Origin: Carpediemonas membranifera BICM
Lineage: Eukaryota > Protista > Fornicata
Assembly (NCBI GenBank): GCA_019828565.1
Contig: JAHDYR010000015.1
Coordinates: 568,240-632,239, forward strand
Direction of reading: 5' to 3'
DNA length: 64,000 nt
Part shown: in pieces, positions 48,465 through 60,600 of the stretch
Numbering within the stretch: position 1 is the stretch's first letter
How the letters are laid out: each line of letters starts with the position of its first letter
Position numbers and translations under genes: made by a program
Notes under the pieces: generated by a model
Seen by the model: the letters and a program-made list of their open reading frames with translations, nothing else
Told to the model about the DNA's origin: nothing
Databases searched by the model: none

Positions 48465-49235
48465 CTACAGCCTGGCCATTTCGAATATCGGAGCGTAACT
48501 CGACTGCACGCTCGATATCTCAACCGGGCGTTCGGGGACGCCGTTCAACTCGAACAGCATCGCCATCAGGGTGGTCTCCCACTTGGAAGGTCGGACTTGG
48601 TCAACCCAGTGCCTGAAACCCTCGCTCGTCGGCGCCATGGAGAGCGCTTTCGTCGTCGCGGCCAGGGCGGCCACGGCGGTTTGCGGCGACACGACGAGGT
48701 GGAGCAAGGCTTGAACTCGCGACTCGTAGCCTTCCAGGGAGAAGAGGGCGGCCATCGTCTCCTCGGGACGGATATCCATGAGGGTCTCGACGATCGTGAC
48801 GGCGGCGGTCTCGGCGGCGGACGTATTAATATTAATACGCCACTCGAAAAGACGATTGAGGAAGGTGCTGATGCTTTGCGGCGTAGCCTGCTGATTCCGC
48901 AGCTGCTGTCGGCCAAGCAAGACGGCCAAGACCGTGGCGGCCCAGTCGTTGGGACGATTGAAGCAGGCGCCGAGTCTGGTGAGGACGTCCAAATCGTCCA
49001 GATAAACCGGCTCTGAGGTTGATAGGGCGCACGCCTGCTCGACGAGGCCCGGTTGAACCGGGTGGTGCGGGAACTGGTGCTGGACAGTGCTGCGTTGGAT
49101 CAAAGCGATGGCAGCCTGGGCGAGAAGGTCGCCACGAAGGGTGAAGTTGCGGCCACTGGACTCAAGAGGCTTGATTACGTTGGGGAAAAGGGCCATAAAG
49201 ACGAAGGAGGGGAGTTCTTCCTCAGAAACGGTCAT
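48465..49235 (-). CDS. Hypothetical alpha-helical protein
   Basis: ORF of ~256 aa with host-like codon usage; start uncertain. Confidence 0.5.
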   Translation of the reverse strand: MTVSEEELPSFVFMALFPNVIKPLESSGRNFTLRGDLLAQAAIALIQRSTVQHQFPHHPVQPGLVEQACALSTSEPVYLDDLDVLTRLGACFNRPNDWAATVLAVLLGRQQLRNQQATPQSISTFLNRLFEWRININTSAAETAAVTIVETLMDIRPEETMAALFSLEGYESRVQALLHLVVSPQTAVAALAATTKALSMAPTSEGFRHWVDQVRPSKWETTLMAMLFELNGVPERPVEISSVQSSYAPIFEMARL

Positions 49236-49793
49236 AGTAGGGGAAGAAATGAGCTGGGAGAGGCTAAGATGGAATGATTCCAAAGTACGGGGAGAATGGG
49301 ACACAGAGATGATACACATTGATGCGAAGAAGCTAAGTAAGCGGCTTTTGCTGAAGCTGTTTGAGCGACGCCCAGTCACCGAGTTCGAGACCCAATCTCG
49401 ACCACCGTTTGAGATCCAGGAACAATCAATTGACCCTAATACGGGCGCTGTGTTCCTTATCAGACGGCGAGTCCAATGATGTCTTTTTCAACTCACACCG
49501 CCTGGTCGAATCTTGTGGTAAAGACGAACCGAAAAAAGAAAATGTCGCCCAATCGTGGGAGAAGGGATTTGTCGCGCAGCCATAAGGTTTTCATAGCGTG
49601 TAAACGGCCGTTGCCAGCTAAAACAAGCGCTAAACCTTAAAGTGCATTCACACGAGCCTGCAGCCAAACCAACATCGAGACATGGTGAGGCGAACGACTC
49701 GCCCGTGTAACGGGCTTATTCAAGTATACAAATCATTTCCGAGTTTCCTAGTCAGTTTTCCTACCCCTCTTTACCCAGATTCCAGCAGACATC

Positions 49794-52700
49794 TTGGCAT
49801 CGATCAAGGAGACGGGCCAGGACAAGAACAAAGAGAATACACCCAAGAAACAGAAAGTTCTGAAGGTTGCTGAAACCATTTCCGAGGTTATGGCCGGCAC
49901 AAAGGACCCTGAGGTGCTGTTAGAGGCGCTGGGTACCCCACAGACAAACCCCTCCGACATGGGCGTCGAGCTCGCAGTCACGCTCGGACTGAAGTACCTG
50001 GAGCGCATCTGGGGCTTTAGAGCGAATGCCCTGCAGCTTGCTATGGACCCGACCCCGGTGCTCCTGCTGTTCGAGGCGCTCTCGTCTGTCCAATCCCCCG
50101 CTCTGCTCCGCCACTTCATTCGGTGCACATTCACAGCCATCCTGGCATGCCCCCACATGATCCTGATCGGCCGTGGGCTTGTGGCGGATGAGTTCAAGAC
50201 TGTGGCGGACAGTCTGAAGACCATAGGAGTGGACATGCCGCCTGAGGACCCGAAGTTCCTGCAGCGCCTGACGTTCGGCATCAGCAACCTGCTGGCCCGC
50301 CTGACCAGCGACGAGAACGCGGCCGAGCAGGAGCTCCTCCTCACTGAGGAGTCCCTCAACCTCCTCGCCTGCGTAGTGACGTTCAACCTGGACGGCTTCG
50401 AGCACGGCGACTCTGAGTCCGGGCAACACTGGCTCAAGCGGACCAAGAAGCGGCTGAGCCCCGAGACTCTCACAGTGGTCGGGTCCCTCGTCGGCGGCCT
50501 GTGGCGCGCGGCTGTGGTCGACGCCTTCGCCATCAGAGACCTGGGTCCTGCCAAGCTGCTGCAGACGGTCACACCCGCGTCCAGCACGGCGATGTTTGAG
50601 TCGCCCCGACAGGTCCACATCACCCCGGCCTCCCGGTGCGAGAGTGCGGCTGAGCTGACCCTGACCATCGAGCCGGTCGGCAGCTCATACACGGCCCAGG
50701 ACCACACGATGACCGACGCCCAGTCTGTGAAGGACACGCTGCGGTATTCATCACCCAGGGCCCGCGTGGGGCTCGCTGCACTGGGTCTCGTGGCAAGCCT
50801 CTACCCGGAGGAGACGCCGATACCACTGGACACGGATCTGGCGTTCCCGGACTCCCTCCTGGCGCTGTGCAAGTTCCTGCAGGACGACTGCATGAAGGTC
50901 GAGGCGGACTGGTATGCCGCCCTCGAGAGAACGAGGAACGACGGGACCCTGATCGTGGTGCCGCCCATCACGGCGACGGTGGAGTATATCGCGGCCATCC
51001 TGACACTCCGGCTGGCCACAGCGAGGGCAGACTCGAACCATGCCATCCTGAGCGTGCTCATGGGGATGACCATGAACGGGAGAAACCTGAACTTCGCGTA
51101 CTCGGATGCATTCGCCGCCGCCTGTTGCATCTCCAGCATCATCGCGATGCTGCTTAACGGTCGTCACGTTGACGACCTCCTCCAGGCGCTACAGGCGCTG
51201 AGTCACGACCCAGACGCAGTCGAGTCAATCATCATCGCGATTATCTCCCACGCCGACCCTGCCGACCTGGACACCTTCGTCGGCCTGCTCATCCGGCTGA
51301 TTCGTGCTCCCCGGGACCACACGCGCCAGTCCCCCGCACTTTCCTTCCTCGCCGTCGCGGTGCTCTCCCGCATCCTCAACAGGAATCACGTGCCTCCGCC
51401 CCTCGTACTCGCCCCCGACGCCGTCTCCATGGACGCTGACGCCATAGGCGGCGTCGTCCGATGCATGTGCAGGTCCGGGCTGCCCGAGGCCTGCATGTCC
51501 GTCGTCACGAGCGTCATCGACGACACCGACAAGGGCGGCCTGATGCTGTCCGACGCCGAGCTCTCCCGGACCCACCTGGGCGACCTGACCCGCCTCCTCA
51601 TCGACCTCGACCCGGACGTCGCCGCAGTGTTCTCGGACTCGCAGCTGTCCGTCATGTTTGACCGCATGACCACCCCCAGGTCAGTGGTCCCGTTGCTCCA
51701 GATCTGCCTCGTGCTCGACAGCGAGGACACCGTGCACACCCTTGTCGGCAAGGTCCCCATCGCCACGCCCTTCTCAGACCCGCCCATCGGACACGCCCTG
51801 CTCTACACCAGCACGAGGATGATGCTGGGGCGACTGGGCGATGACGCGGACGTGCTGGAGACAGTCACGGCCTTCTTCACTGCCCGTATCGCACCCCTGC
51901 TGGCCAACCACACAGCGAGGGAGCTTCGGATGACGGCCCTCAGCCACTGGGACACGATCGTGCAGACCCTGGCCGCCAAGATGCCCGACCTATGCCGCCA
52001 GTTCCTGCTCGCCATCCACGGACAGGGGCACGTCGCCACGCTGTGTGACATTGTGGCGTCCAGCCCCGCCTCTGACGTCGGCGAGGACGCCCTTGACCTG
52101 CTCGTGTTGTGCCTGACCGAGCTCCGTACGCCCGACCTGCTCGAGACGGTCTCCGGCCTGCTCACCCGCCCCGACACGGTCTACACTGCGGGCTTCCTCG
52201 ACCGCCTCGTGGACCTCGGCTTCTCCCAACCGATCCATGCCCTCGACGCCGCCTTCAGCAACATCCGTGTGGCACTCGAGCGGATAGCCATTCCCGAGAT
52301 GCGAAAAAAGGCCTACATTGCCGGGCAGGAGGGATCTGTGTACGAGCGGCAGTCCTACTACTCCCGACACACCATAGGCACCAGCGCCGCCTCCTTCACG
52401 GCCGACTCAGACTCGCCCGCGACTGTGAGTGGAGCCGACCCTGTCGTGTCGATACGGGAGTCTGGAGCGCTGGATCGGGCCCGGTTCGAGACCCTGACCC
52501 AGCCCTACCCCTACGGCCAGAACACCCTGCAGGACGCCGTGCCCGTCATCCTGCTGCTCAGGATCCTTCCCCACGTGAGTGAGGGCGATGAGGTGACGTT
52601 ATCCCCCCTGATCGCCCTGCACATGCACGTGTCCGTCTGCCCCGCCACTGCGAGGGCGCTGGCAAACGCGTCGTTCGCCGACGAGGCGTCCAACGCCGGT

Positions 52701-55700
52701 GTCATGAGTCTTGTGGCACGGAACTTCGTCGAAACAGAGTCCCGGGCACTCAAGGACATCTACGCCGCGCTCCTCGCCACGCTAGTCCTCGCCGTCGACT
52801 CGGATGCGGCCGTGGCGCCCCTGGTCAAGATGCTTGAGGCCCACGACTCCGAGGACGCACAGGAACTCATGCGAATCGTCGGGCCCTGCATCATCAGCCG
52901 CGGCCCCGCCCGCTTCTGGCGCTGTCTCAGCCCCTCGGACGGCCTCACTGTCCCCAACGCCACCGGGCTCGACATCGACGCGTTCAAGAGCGGTATCTCC
53001 TACTCGTGCTGGGTGAACCTGTGGTCCCTCGGCGTCGGCCCCGTACCTACCGCCAGCCCGGACGACCCGCCCATGACGGGGGTCCCGCTAGTGTCTATCT
53101 CGGCGACCAACGGCACGAAGGTCGCCCTGTACCTGACGCCCGCAGCCATCCCCGGGACCGACGACCGGAATGTTACCATGCCCGCCGACCCGAGTGAGAT
53201 CTACTCCCCGACTTGCGGCCAGTGGCGGGTGGTCTATCGGCTGACATGTCCAAGGGGAACCGTGTCACAAGTCTCCTTCGACCGTTCAGAGGTGACAGTC
53301 GCCGCCATCTCCCGCGTGCTTGGTGTCCAGCGGGACGAACCAGACCCAGACGCCCTGGTCGGCTGGATGCACATCTGCCTCGTCCACGCGGTGTCGGGCT
53401 CGGCGTCCCTCTACATCAACGGCATCGACGTCCCCACTGAGAGGCCCCGCGTCGTCAGGAACGGCGCATCATTCGCCGGGGCCATCCCTATCCCGGAGCT
53501 CGGCGGGCACCGGGTCGAGGGCAGGCGGGACAAGCACAAGGCCGTCGCGTTCAACGTTCACTGCGGCATGACGCGCGAGAAGAACCGCATCGGGCTCGCC
53601 CAGGAGATCCCTGCGACCTTCGGCCTCGGCCCCATGTGCGTCTTCAACAAGGCGCTGAACGCCCGGGAGGTCGAGTCGCTGTTCACGTCGCCCCACCATG
53701 TACCTGACCCCTGTAAGGGCACCATCGTCGTCCTCATCGACCCCACCTTCTCCAGCGAGCGGCCCGCCGCGTCCCCCGCCTCGTACGTCGCCGTGTACTC
53801 CTCCGTGCTCTCCCAGCCCCCTGCCGGCCGGGTCAACTTCCCTGCGGTCCGCAAGGTCCGAAGCGGGGACATGGGTCCGCAGTTTATGGAGGCCTGCTCG
53901 CGGCACGACCCCAATAGTGACATATCGCACGCCATGATCGCCAACATCCTCGCCAAGGGCCTCAAGGTGTACGCCCCGGTCTTTGCGGGCTACCTCAACG
54001 ACGAGACGCCCAGTCTACGTGCCCTCGCGATCAACACCATCGGCGCTCTGTGGCTGGGCGACGAGACGAGCGGTATTGTCGCCCCCACCATGTGGCGAGA
54101 CGTCGCCGCGGCCCTCGGGAAGCACGAAGAGGTCGGCATCGAAGTTCTCGAGGCACTCGCTGACCTGGCATTGGGCAATGGGACGGGTATCCGGTCGGCC
54201 ATGGTCTGGTCGGCCTTCGCGAGTCTGTTCGTCTGCCCCCAGACTACCCTGGAGGAGCAGGTCGAGATCCTGGACCTCCTCCACGACATGGTGGGCCAGA
54301 GCACCGCCATCGTCGCCCAGCTCGTGGCCGAGGGCCCCAGTGAGAGCAGGCTGGCCGACATCGTCCGCATGTGCCGGGCGACCATCGAGCGGCGCATCCT
54401 GCAGGTCGGGGACTCTCACTGGAGCATGGCCCTGTGGGTCGACGCCGTCAGCCTCCCCAACCTATGTGACCTGCTGAACCGGTGCGCCCGGAAGGTAGGG
54501 TCGCGGGACGCCCTGCTGCCCCTGATTGACGAGATCAGATCGCCCAAGCCACTCAAGCGGATAGTGCACGCGACACTGGCCGACGACTCCGTGCCAGTTC
54601 ATGGCAAGCCCGACAAGAGCGCCCCGTCGCGCCTGAGAGAGTCCATCGACCGCCACATGCCCCGCAGTCGGAGAGACTCCGACTTCACCGCCCAGGAGGC
54701 CCTCGGCAGCGACACAGAGCCCGGCACCCCAGCCCCGATGGGCGCCGAGGTCGAGCTGGACCTGACGGCCGTGTACCGGTGCTTCCTGCTGCGGTCCCTC
54801 ATCGTCGCGTCCATCAAGAGCAACGTCGTCACCCAGCACATCGTGTCTGCCCGCGGTGTGGAGACCGTTCTCAAGGTCCTCAGTGACGTCCCCGACACCC
54901 TGCTGGCCCGCCCCGGTCAGGAGGTTAGCCTCGCAACCCCGGGCCGTCTGCCGGACCTCGATGTCGGCACTGTCGGCAGCGCCACCATCGCCGAATCGCT
55001 CCGCCTCATCGCAGCGATGTACTCCTCGGCCTCGTCGAGCACGGCCGCAGCTCTCAACGCCACCATCCCGGCGACGACGCTGTTCCACCGCGTGCTCAAG
55101 GCCGCGACGTTCCCCCTCAAGAGCGACCCCAACCGGAAGGTCGTCGTCGTCGCCCGCGAGGTCCTCACGGCCTTGCTCATGTCGGCGTTCGGCGAGCCCG
55201 TCGTCGGTGACCACCGAGACCCCTCGTCGTACCGCATTGTGAGGACGGACTTCCTCCACGTCCTGGTCAGACTCGCCCCGTACGTATCCGGCCCCGGCAC
55301 GCTGCGGGAGCCCTGTTCGATTCTCGAGGGCTGTCTGACGATCCCACAGAACGCCGCGACCATCTCCGACGACACCCGCCTCAACGAGTTCCTGGCCCAG
55401 CTGGGCAACTACCAGTCGGGCCCGGCCAGGCCTATGGTCCGGGACGCCCCCTGGGACCCCATGACGTTTATGTTCCTGGCCTCCTGGGCGAGCCGCATCT
55501 CGGCCAAGCTCGTGGTCTACCGCATGGGTACGACGCCCCTATCCAAGAGGGATCGCGACTGGCTGCCCTGGCGGTCGGCACGAACCCCGGGCTGGTTGGT
55601 GCGACTCCGCAACGAGGCGACGCACCCCGTCTTCCAATATCGCGTGTTCTCGTCGGTCCTGCAGTGGTACGACTCGTGGGACCTCACCCGGTCGTCGTCT

Positions 55701-56717
55701 GCTTTCCTGCCCCTCGTTGACAGCCTCTCCTTGCTGCTAGACACGACGGTGCCGCTCATCGGCACAACCTCGGGCATGCAGGGCCTGACTGGAGGCGAGT
55801 CCAAAGTGTACGACGGTGTGTGGGCGCTGCTCTTCAGGATACAGATGAAGCTGCAGCAGCGTGACGACGTTGGCACTGAGGTGCAGATCCCCGACTTCGC
55901 CCGGCTCGCCACCTTCTACCTCGGCCGGCTGCTTCTTTCAAGCGACAACCCCGACATCCAGCGCGAACTCCTCGACCGCAAGGCGGCCGACGTTCTGACA
56001 ACCCGCGCAGAGCAGGAAGCCTTCAGGGACCTGGGCGGCGTGCCCCTCCTCACTCGAGTCCTGCTCTCGTATGAGACCATCTTCGCATCTGTCGTCGACT
56101 CCAAGGAGTACCGCGCCCTGCTCTACAAGGCCTCGCACGTCGAGCAGGACGAGTTCCCGGACCCACCTGAGGCTGGTCTCTTCGAGTTCACCAGGGCCGT
56201 GCACGGGGCCCGCCGCATCATGGACATCGTGCGGCACCGCATGTGCCTCGACCCACAGTGTGCAGACGAGCTCAAGGCTTTGTTCAATAACGCGCCTGAG
56301 GTCGTCGCCAGGCTGCAGCCGAACCAGCGTTCCCTGGTCGACGGTACAGTGTGCATCGTCATGCCGAGGGCCGACGAGGACGCCGAACACGTGCCCCCTG
56401 GTGTGGTGCCCCTGGGGCAGCTGGTCGAATACAGCAAGGAGGCCCACTCGACGCTGCCTGACGACTATCTCTCCCGGTTCGTTATGTGGCTGTTCGCCCC
56501 AGAGCAGGCTGACATCAGGGCCAACGCCGCAAACGCCGTCGAGCGGCAGCTGCGGCGGTACTCGAGCGGGAAGCAGAGCAAGAAGAGCACCAAGACGGTC
56601 ATCAAGGCGCTCGCGGAGACCGAGCGCGTCGGTAAGGCAGTGGCCGAGCTCGTTGGGAAGCCCGATTCGCAGCTGACGGCGATTGAAACCGTGTACGGCA
56701 CTGCATGGAGCAATTAA
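49794..56717 (+). CDS. Giant ARM-like protein with a ConA/LamG-like domain, resembling the N-terminal part of BEACH-domain proteins
   Basis: SYSCWVNL...WMHICLVH...LYINGI...LGPMCVFNKAL; true start uncertain. Confidence 0.6.
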   Translation: MASIKETGQDKNKENTPKKQKVLKVAETISEVMAGTKDPEVLLEALGTPQTNPSDMGVELAVTLGLKYLERIWGFRANALQLAMDPTPVLLLFEALSSVQSPALLRHFIRCTFTAILACPHMILIGRGLVADEFKTVADSLKTIGVDMPPEDPKFLQRLTFGISNLLARLTSDENAAEQELLLTEESLNLLACVVTFNLDGFEHGDSESGQHWLKRTKKRLSPETLTVVGSLVGGLWRAAVVDAFAIRDLGPAKLLQTVTPASSTAMFESPRQVHITPASRCESAAELTLTIEPVGSSYTAQDHTMTDAQSVKDTLRYSSPRARVGLAALGLVASLYPEETPIPLDTDLAFPDSLLALCKFLQDDCMKVEADWYAALERTRNDGTLIVVPPITATVEYIAAILTLRLATARADSNHAILSVLMGMTMNGRNLNFAYSDAFAAACCISSIIAMLLNGRHVDDLLQALQALSHDPDAVESIIIAIISHADPADLDTFVGLLIRLIRAPRDHTRQSPALSFLAVAVLSRILNRNHVPPPLVLAPDAVSMDADAIGGVVRCMCRSGLPEACMSVVTSVIDDTDKGGLMLSDAELSRTHLGDLTRLLIDLDPDVAAVFSDSQLSVMFDRMTTPRSVVPLLQICLVLDSEDTVHTLVGKVPIATPFSDPPIGHALLYTSTRMMLGRLGDDADVLETVTAFFTARIAPLLANHTARELRMTALSHWDTIVQTLAAKMPDLCRQFLLAIHGQGHVATLCDIVASSPASDVGEDALDLLVLCLTELRTPDLLETVSGLLTRPDTVYTAGFLDRLVDLGFSQPIHALDAAFSNIRVALERIAIPEMRKKAYIAGQEGSVYERQSYYSRHTIGTSAASFTADSDSPATVSGADPVVSIRESGALDRARFETLTQPYPYGQNTLQDAVPVILLLRILPHVSEGDEVTLSPLIALHMHVSVCPATARALANASFADEASNAGVMSLVARNFVETESRALKDIYAALLATLVLAVDSDAAVAPLVKMLEAHDSEDAQELMRIVGPCIISRGPARFWRCLSPSDGLTVPNATGLDIDAFKSGISYSCWVNLWSLGVGPVPTASPDDPPMTGVPLVSISATNGTKVALYLTPAAIPGTDDRNVTMPADPSEIYSPTCGQWRVVYRLTCPRGTVSQVSFDRSEVTVAAISRVLGVQRDEPDPDALVGWMHICLVHAVSGSASLYINGIDVPTERPRVVRNGASFAGAIPIPELGGHRVEGRRDKHKAVAFNVHCGMTREKNRIGLAQEIPATFGLGPMCVFNKALNAREVESLFTSPHHVPDPCKGTIVVLIDPTFSSERPAASPASYVAVYSSVLSQPPAGRVNFPAVRKVRSGDMGPQFMEACSRHDPNSDISHAMIANILAKGLKVYAPVFAGYLNDETPSLRALAINTIGALWLGDETSGIVAPTMWRDVAAALGKHEEVGIEVLEALADLALGNGTGIRSAMVWSAFASLFVCPQTTLEEQVEILDLLHDMVGQSTAIVAQLVAEGPSESRLADIVRMCRATIERRILQVGDSHWSMALWVDAVSLPNLCDLLNRCARKVGSRDALLPLIDEIRSPKPLKRIVHATLADDSVPVHGKPDKSAPSRLRESIDRHMPRSRRDSDFTAQEALGSDTEPGTPAPMGAEVELDLTAVYRCFLLRSLIVASIKSNVVTQHIVSARGVETVLKVLSDVPDTLLARPGQEVSLATPGRLPDLDVGTVGSATIAESLRLIAAMYSSASSSTAAALNATIPATTLFHRVLKAATFPLKSDPNRKVVVVAREVLTALLMSAFGEPVVGDHRDPSSYRIVRTDFLHVLVRLAPYVSGPGTLREPCSILEGCLTIPQNAATISDDTRLNEFLAQLGNYQSGPARPMVRDAPWDPMTFMFLASWASRISAKLVVYRMGTTPLSKRDRDWLPWRSARTPGWLVRLRNEATHPVFQYRVFSSVLQWYDSWDLTRSSSAFLPLVDSLSLLLDTTVPLIGTTSGMQGLTGGESKVYDGVWALLFRIQMKLQQRDDVGTEVQIPDFARLATFYLGRLLLSSDNPDIQRELLDRKAADVLTTRAEQEAFRDLGGVPLLTRVLLSYETIFASVVDSKEYRALLYKASHVEQDEFPDPPEAGLFEFTRAVHGARRIMDIVRHRMCLDPQCADELKALFNNAPEVVARLQPNQRSLVDGTVCIVMPRADEDAEHVPPGVVPLGQLVEYSKEAHSTLPDDYLSRFVMWLFAPEQADIRANAANAVERQLRRYSSGKQSKKSTKTVIKALAETERVGKAVAELVGKPDSQLTAIETVYGTAWSN

Positions 56718-57631
56718 TTAATGAGTTCAACTTTATTTTTGGAGTAAACCAACGTTTTGTCGGACGCGACTGATTGGGGTTGGCTTAAGAAACAATCATT
56801 CGTCGGTCATGCTATGCAGGCCCGTGAAGCAGCTTCGACCGGCATTAAAAAAAACAAGTCCGGGGGGCGAACCATCGTCGCCTGCTCCGGACATCACCTA
56901 CTACTACTATTATCCAATCCTCCCGCGGATGGGGACGCCAGTCGGCTTTCCCCGAGTGACATCCTCCCGGAGGAATGGCGGGTCTCGGCCGGCCGCTTGT
57001 GATACATGCGTTATGCTTGTTTACATAAATGTGATATATGTTCGGAGGTTGGGTAGCTCGGCTCTGTTCTACAAAGCACTCTTTGATCGCTCAAGTCAGG
57101 GTAACAGGCCCTGGTTGCAGCAAGTCGACTCGCCCCTGCTTGTAATGTATGCTGGGCATGCACTAAGTACCGCCTTTTTAAGATAGGCCTCAAGAGATGT
57201 TGATCTAACTCGAAAAGGCCCCGGCATAAAGCGTGTGAGCGAGACTGACCGAGGCTGAGGCTTCCTTCCTTGTCTATGATGTCGCTATGAGGGCGACTAT
57301 CCCAGCTTATTGTGCACTTACACTCTGGATCGCATGGTAAGTCGAGAATGAATACCACTCATGACTGGCCTGGGCCAATGGCTCGGATATCGAGCTGGGA
57401 CCAATGCACTAAAAGGTTCGAGTCAACCCGACCATGTTGAACCAGGGGTTGTCGTGGGAGTAGTCAGCTCCGTTGCAGAAGTGAACACAGTGATCTACAG
57501 TGTCGGGCTTTGATTTGGACTCGACCCATGCAATCAAACAAATCTTTATCCTAACAAATCTTTATCCTAAAACTACAAAAAGACAGTGCAAAGCACACTG
57601 TTATCTACTAAATATCGGGCGAGTAATGAAT

Positions 57632-60600
57632 CTATTCTAGAAGATTCGACTGGATGCGAGGAATTCCCGGGAGTCGGGGCAGCACCGGCGGGACTCTCGA
57701 TGACAGATGATGTCTCTCGTCACCAAGCAAGCCGGGCAGGGGCCGTGGCGTCTTGGGAAGGACGGGGACGACGTTGTGAGGGGAGTTCAACGAAGAGGCT
57801 GCACTGGAGAGGCTCGAAAGCGGTGCAAGGCTGCGCTGTCTCGACGCAACCAGAGGCGAGGTCGAGGCGCTGGGCAGGTTCAGCGAGATCGACGGCATCG
57901 TGGACGCCCCGGGCTTTCCCAGCGGTGGCAGCATCGCAGGCAGCTTGGGCGATGAACCCAGTGACTGGGGAAGGACGGGCAGGACGGAGGGCGGGCTTGA
58001 CGGCGTGGAGCCCTTCTTGTTCTTGGACACGATCACCACGCCTGGCACGGCAGCCACGAATACGACAACCACCGCCGCAACAACGACGAAGAGGACGAAA
58101 ATGGTACAAACAACGACGCAGAAGATGGGGATGGCTGCCCCGACTGCGATGAGGACCGCAGACGGGTCGCCCGAGTCGTTTCCCGTGGCGTCAAAATGCA
58201 CCAAGAGGGTGGGGCCGCTGAAAACGTCGACCGCGACGGCCCTTATGATCGAGGAGAAGGATGAGTGGCCGTGGACGGACGTGCAGACCATACCGTCGAC
58301 CAGGGCCAGGTTGGCCGCCTCGGTGCCGTCGAGCTGGATGCTGATGAGCTCTGTGCTGCCGAACCTTGCGCCAGTGAGGGCGATGCAAAGGTCGGTGACG
58401 CCGTCACTGTCTAAGCTCAGCCCCACCGCGGATGTCAGGAAGGGGGCAAAGGCGCCGATGTCTGCAGTGTCGATTGCCCCGGTCGAGGTGCACTCAATCG
58501 TCGTCGAGTTCAAAGGAGTCACGGAGCAAAGTGCGGCAGACCAGCTGATGGCCTCTACCTCGAAGGAGGCGGGGCAAATCGACCCGCTCTGGCTGGCTGT
58601 GAGGTTGGTGCCGCTAATGATGATCTCGGGTTGTACTGGGATATTGGATTCGATCAGGATCGTATCACACTCAGTTCTCCCGCAAAATGAAATCGTCAAT
58701 TCGTACTCTCCGGCGGAAATGACGCCCTCCTCAGCTTCGCAGACGGGGACAACGAATGAAACATTCCCGTCCTGGACAATAGTGCACTCGCACTCGCCGA
58801 AGGAAGCCGACTCGAGAGATGCCGAGATGAGGGAGGAGTTGACCGCGATGGCCTCAGCAGCCGAATCCGTTCCGCTTATGAACAGCATACAGGTGGTGTG
58901 GGGCTCGCCGTCGGCTGGCGTGCTCGTCATCGCAGGGCAAGAGGAACACTCTCTGGCGCCCTCACTGAACTTGCCGTCGTCACATGGTGTGGGCTCAGAA
59001 TCAGCCGCGGCGCTGTAACCTGCGGGGATATCTATGCAGGCCGACTGGCCCTGGGCCGTCTGGTATGTCGAGGCCGGACATGGGGTCTGGTCAGTGTGGG
59101 CACCAGTGGGTTGGACGAAGAAGCCGGCGCTGGCCATGACACACGAGGTCTGGCCGGTGTTGGGCTGGTAGTAGCCGGATTTGCACTCAACCTGCGTGGA
59201 CTTGTCGGAGTTGGGAACGTAGTAGCCAGCCTCGGCCTCGGTACACACGCTGGCCCCTGCGCCGCTCCAGTGCCCGCTCTCGCAGGCCGTCTGCCCGACC
59301 TGAGGGCCAGAGGCTGGGACGTAGTACCCGGCGTCGGCCTCGCTACAGCTGGTCTGACCAGCCAGCGGCTGATATGACCCAGCGTTGCACTCCACCTGTT
59401 CTGTCCGATCACTGTTGGGGACGTGCCCGGCCTCAGCCTCAGCACACGTGGCCTGGCCCTCCCCGCTGTAGTGTCCGTCCTCGCAGCTCTCGCACGAGGT
59501 CATCCCCTCGTCGGGCTGACAGGTGCCTGCGGGGCACGGTGTCTGGGTCGACTGGGTTGAGTCGGGGACGAAGTTACCGGCTAATGCTGCAGTGCAGGTC
59601 GACTGGGCGGCGGAGGCAGTGTAGGTGCCGGCCATGCAGGGGTACTGTCTGGACTGGTCAAAGGCGGGGACATAGTAGCCTGCATCCGCTGCGGTGCACG
59701 TCTCCTGGCCGCCGGGGGAGTAGTACCCCGTGTCGCACGGCTCCTCACCGCTCCTGGCCGCGTTGACGTGGTGCGCGGCCCGGGCCTTGGTACATGAGCC
59801 CGAGCCAGCTGTGGCGTACCAACCGCTGGGGCAGGCCTCGATGTCACTCCTGTCGCTGGTCGGAACGAAACCGGCAGGGGAGCCGGTGCACTGGGACGCA
59901 CCGGCGCTGCTGTAGTAGCCGCTCTGGCAGGGCGTCTGGCTCGACCGGGCGCCGTTCGCCGGGACATAGAAGCCGGCGCTGGCCGTGATGCAAGAGGTCT
60001 GGGCGGCTGCCGGCTGGTACTTGCCGTTGTTACACTGCTTCTGCTGTGACTTGTCAGCGTCATCCACGTAGTACCCGGCCGACGCCCTCGTGCACGTGTC
60101 CGAAGTCGCCCCGGCAGCGTTGAAGTAACCAGACGAGCAAGCCCTGCATGACGACTGTCCAGAGTCCGGCTGGTAGCTGCCTGGCTCACACTGGGTCTGA
60201 TCAGGGTGCCCGATGCCGTCGTCCGCGGTAAAGTAGCCCGGGCTGCTGGTAACACATGCTGCCTGACCTGGGTTGGGCTGGTAGTAGCCACCGTCGCAAG
60301 GGTACTGCTGCGTCTGGTCAGTGTTGAGGACGTAGTAGCCGGCCTCGGCGGCGGTGCACTCAATGCTGCCGGCGACGGCGAATGTGCCAGGGTTACAGGA
60401 ATCCTGTGCCGCGTGTGGCTGACCGTCGTCTGCCGTGAAAAAGCCGGCATCTGTTGTCACACAAGAGCTCTGGCCGGTGCTCGGCTGGTAGTGGCCGTTG
60501 TCGCACACCACCTGCTTGGTCTTGTCGGAGTCAGCGACGTAGTACCCGGCCGCGGCACTCGAGCATGCCACACTCTGCACGACCGCTGAGAACGTCCCAC

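Noticed and set aside
57537-57568. 16-bp tandem duplication AACAAATCTTTATCCT
   Set aside because: Simple local duplication in an intergenic or 3' region with no further structure.
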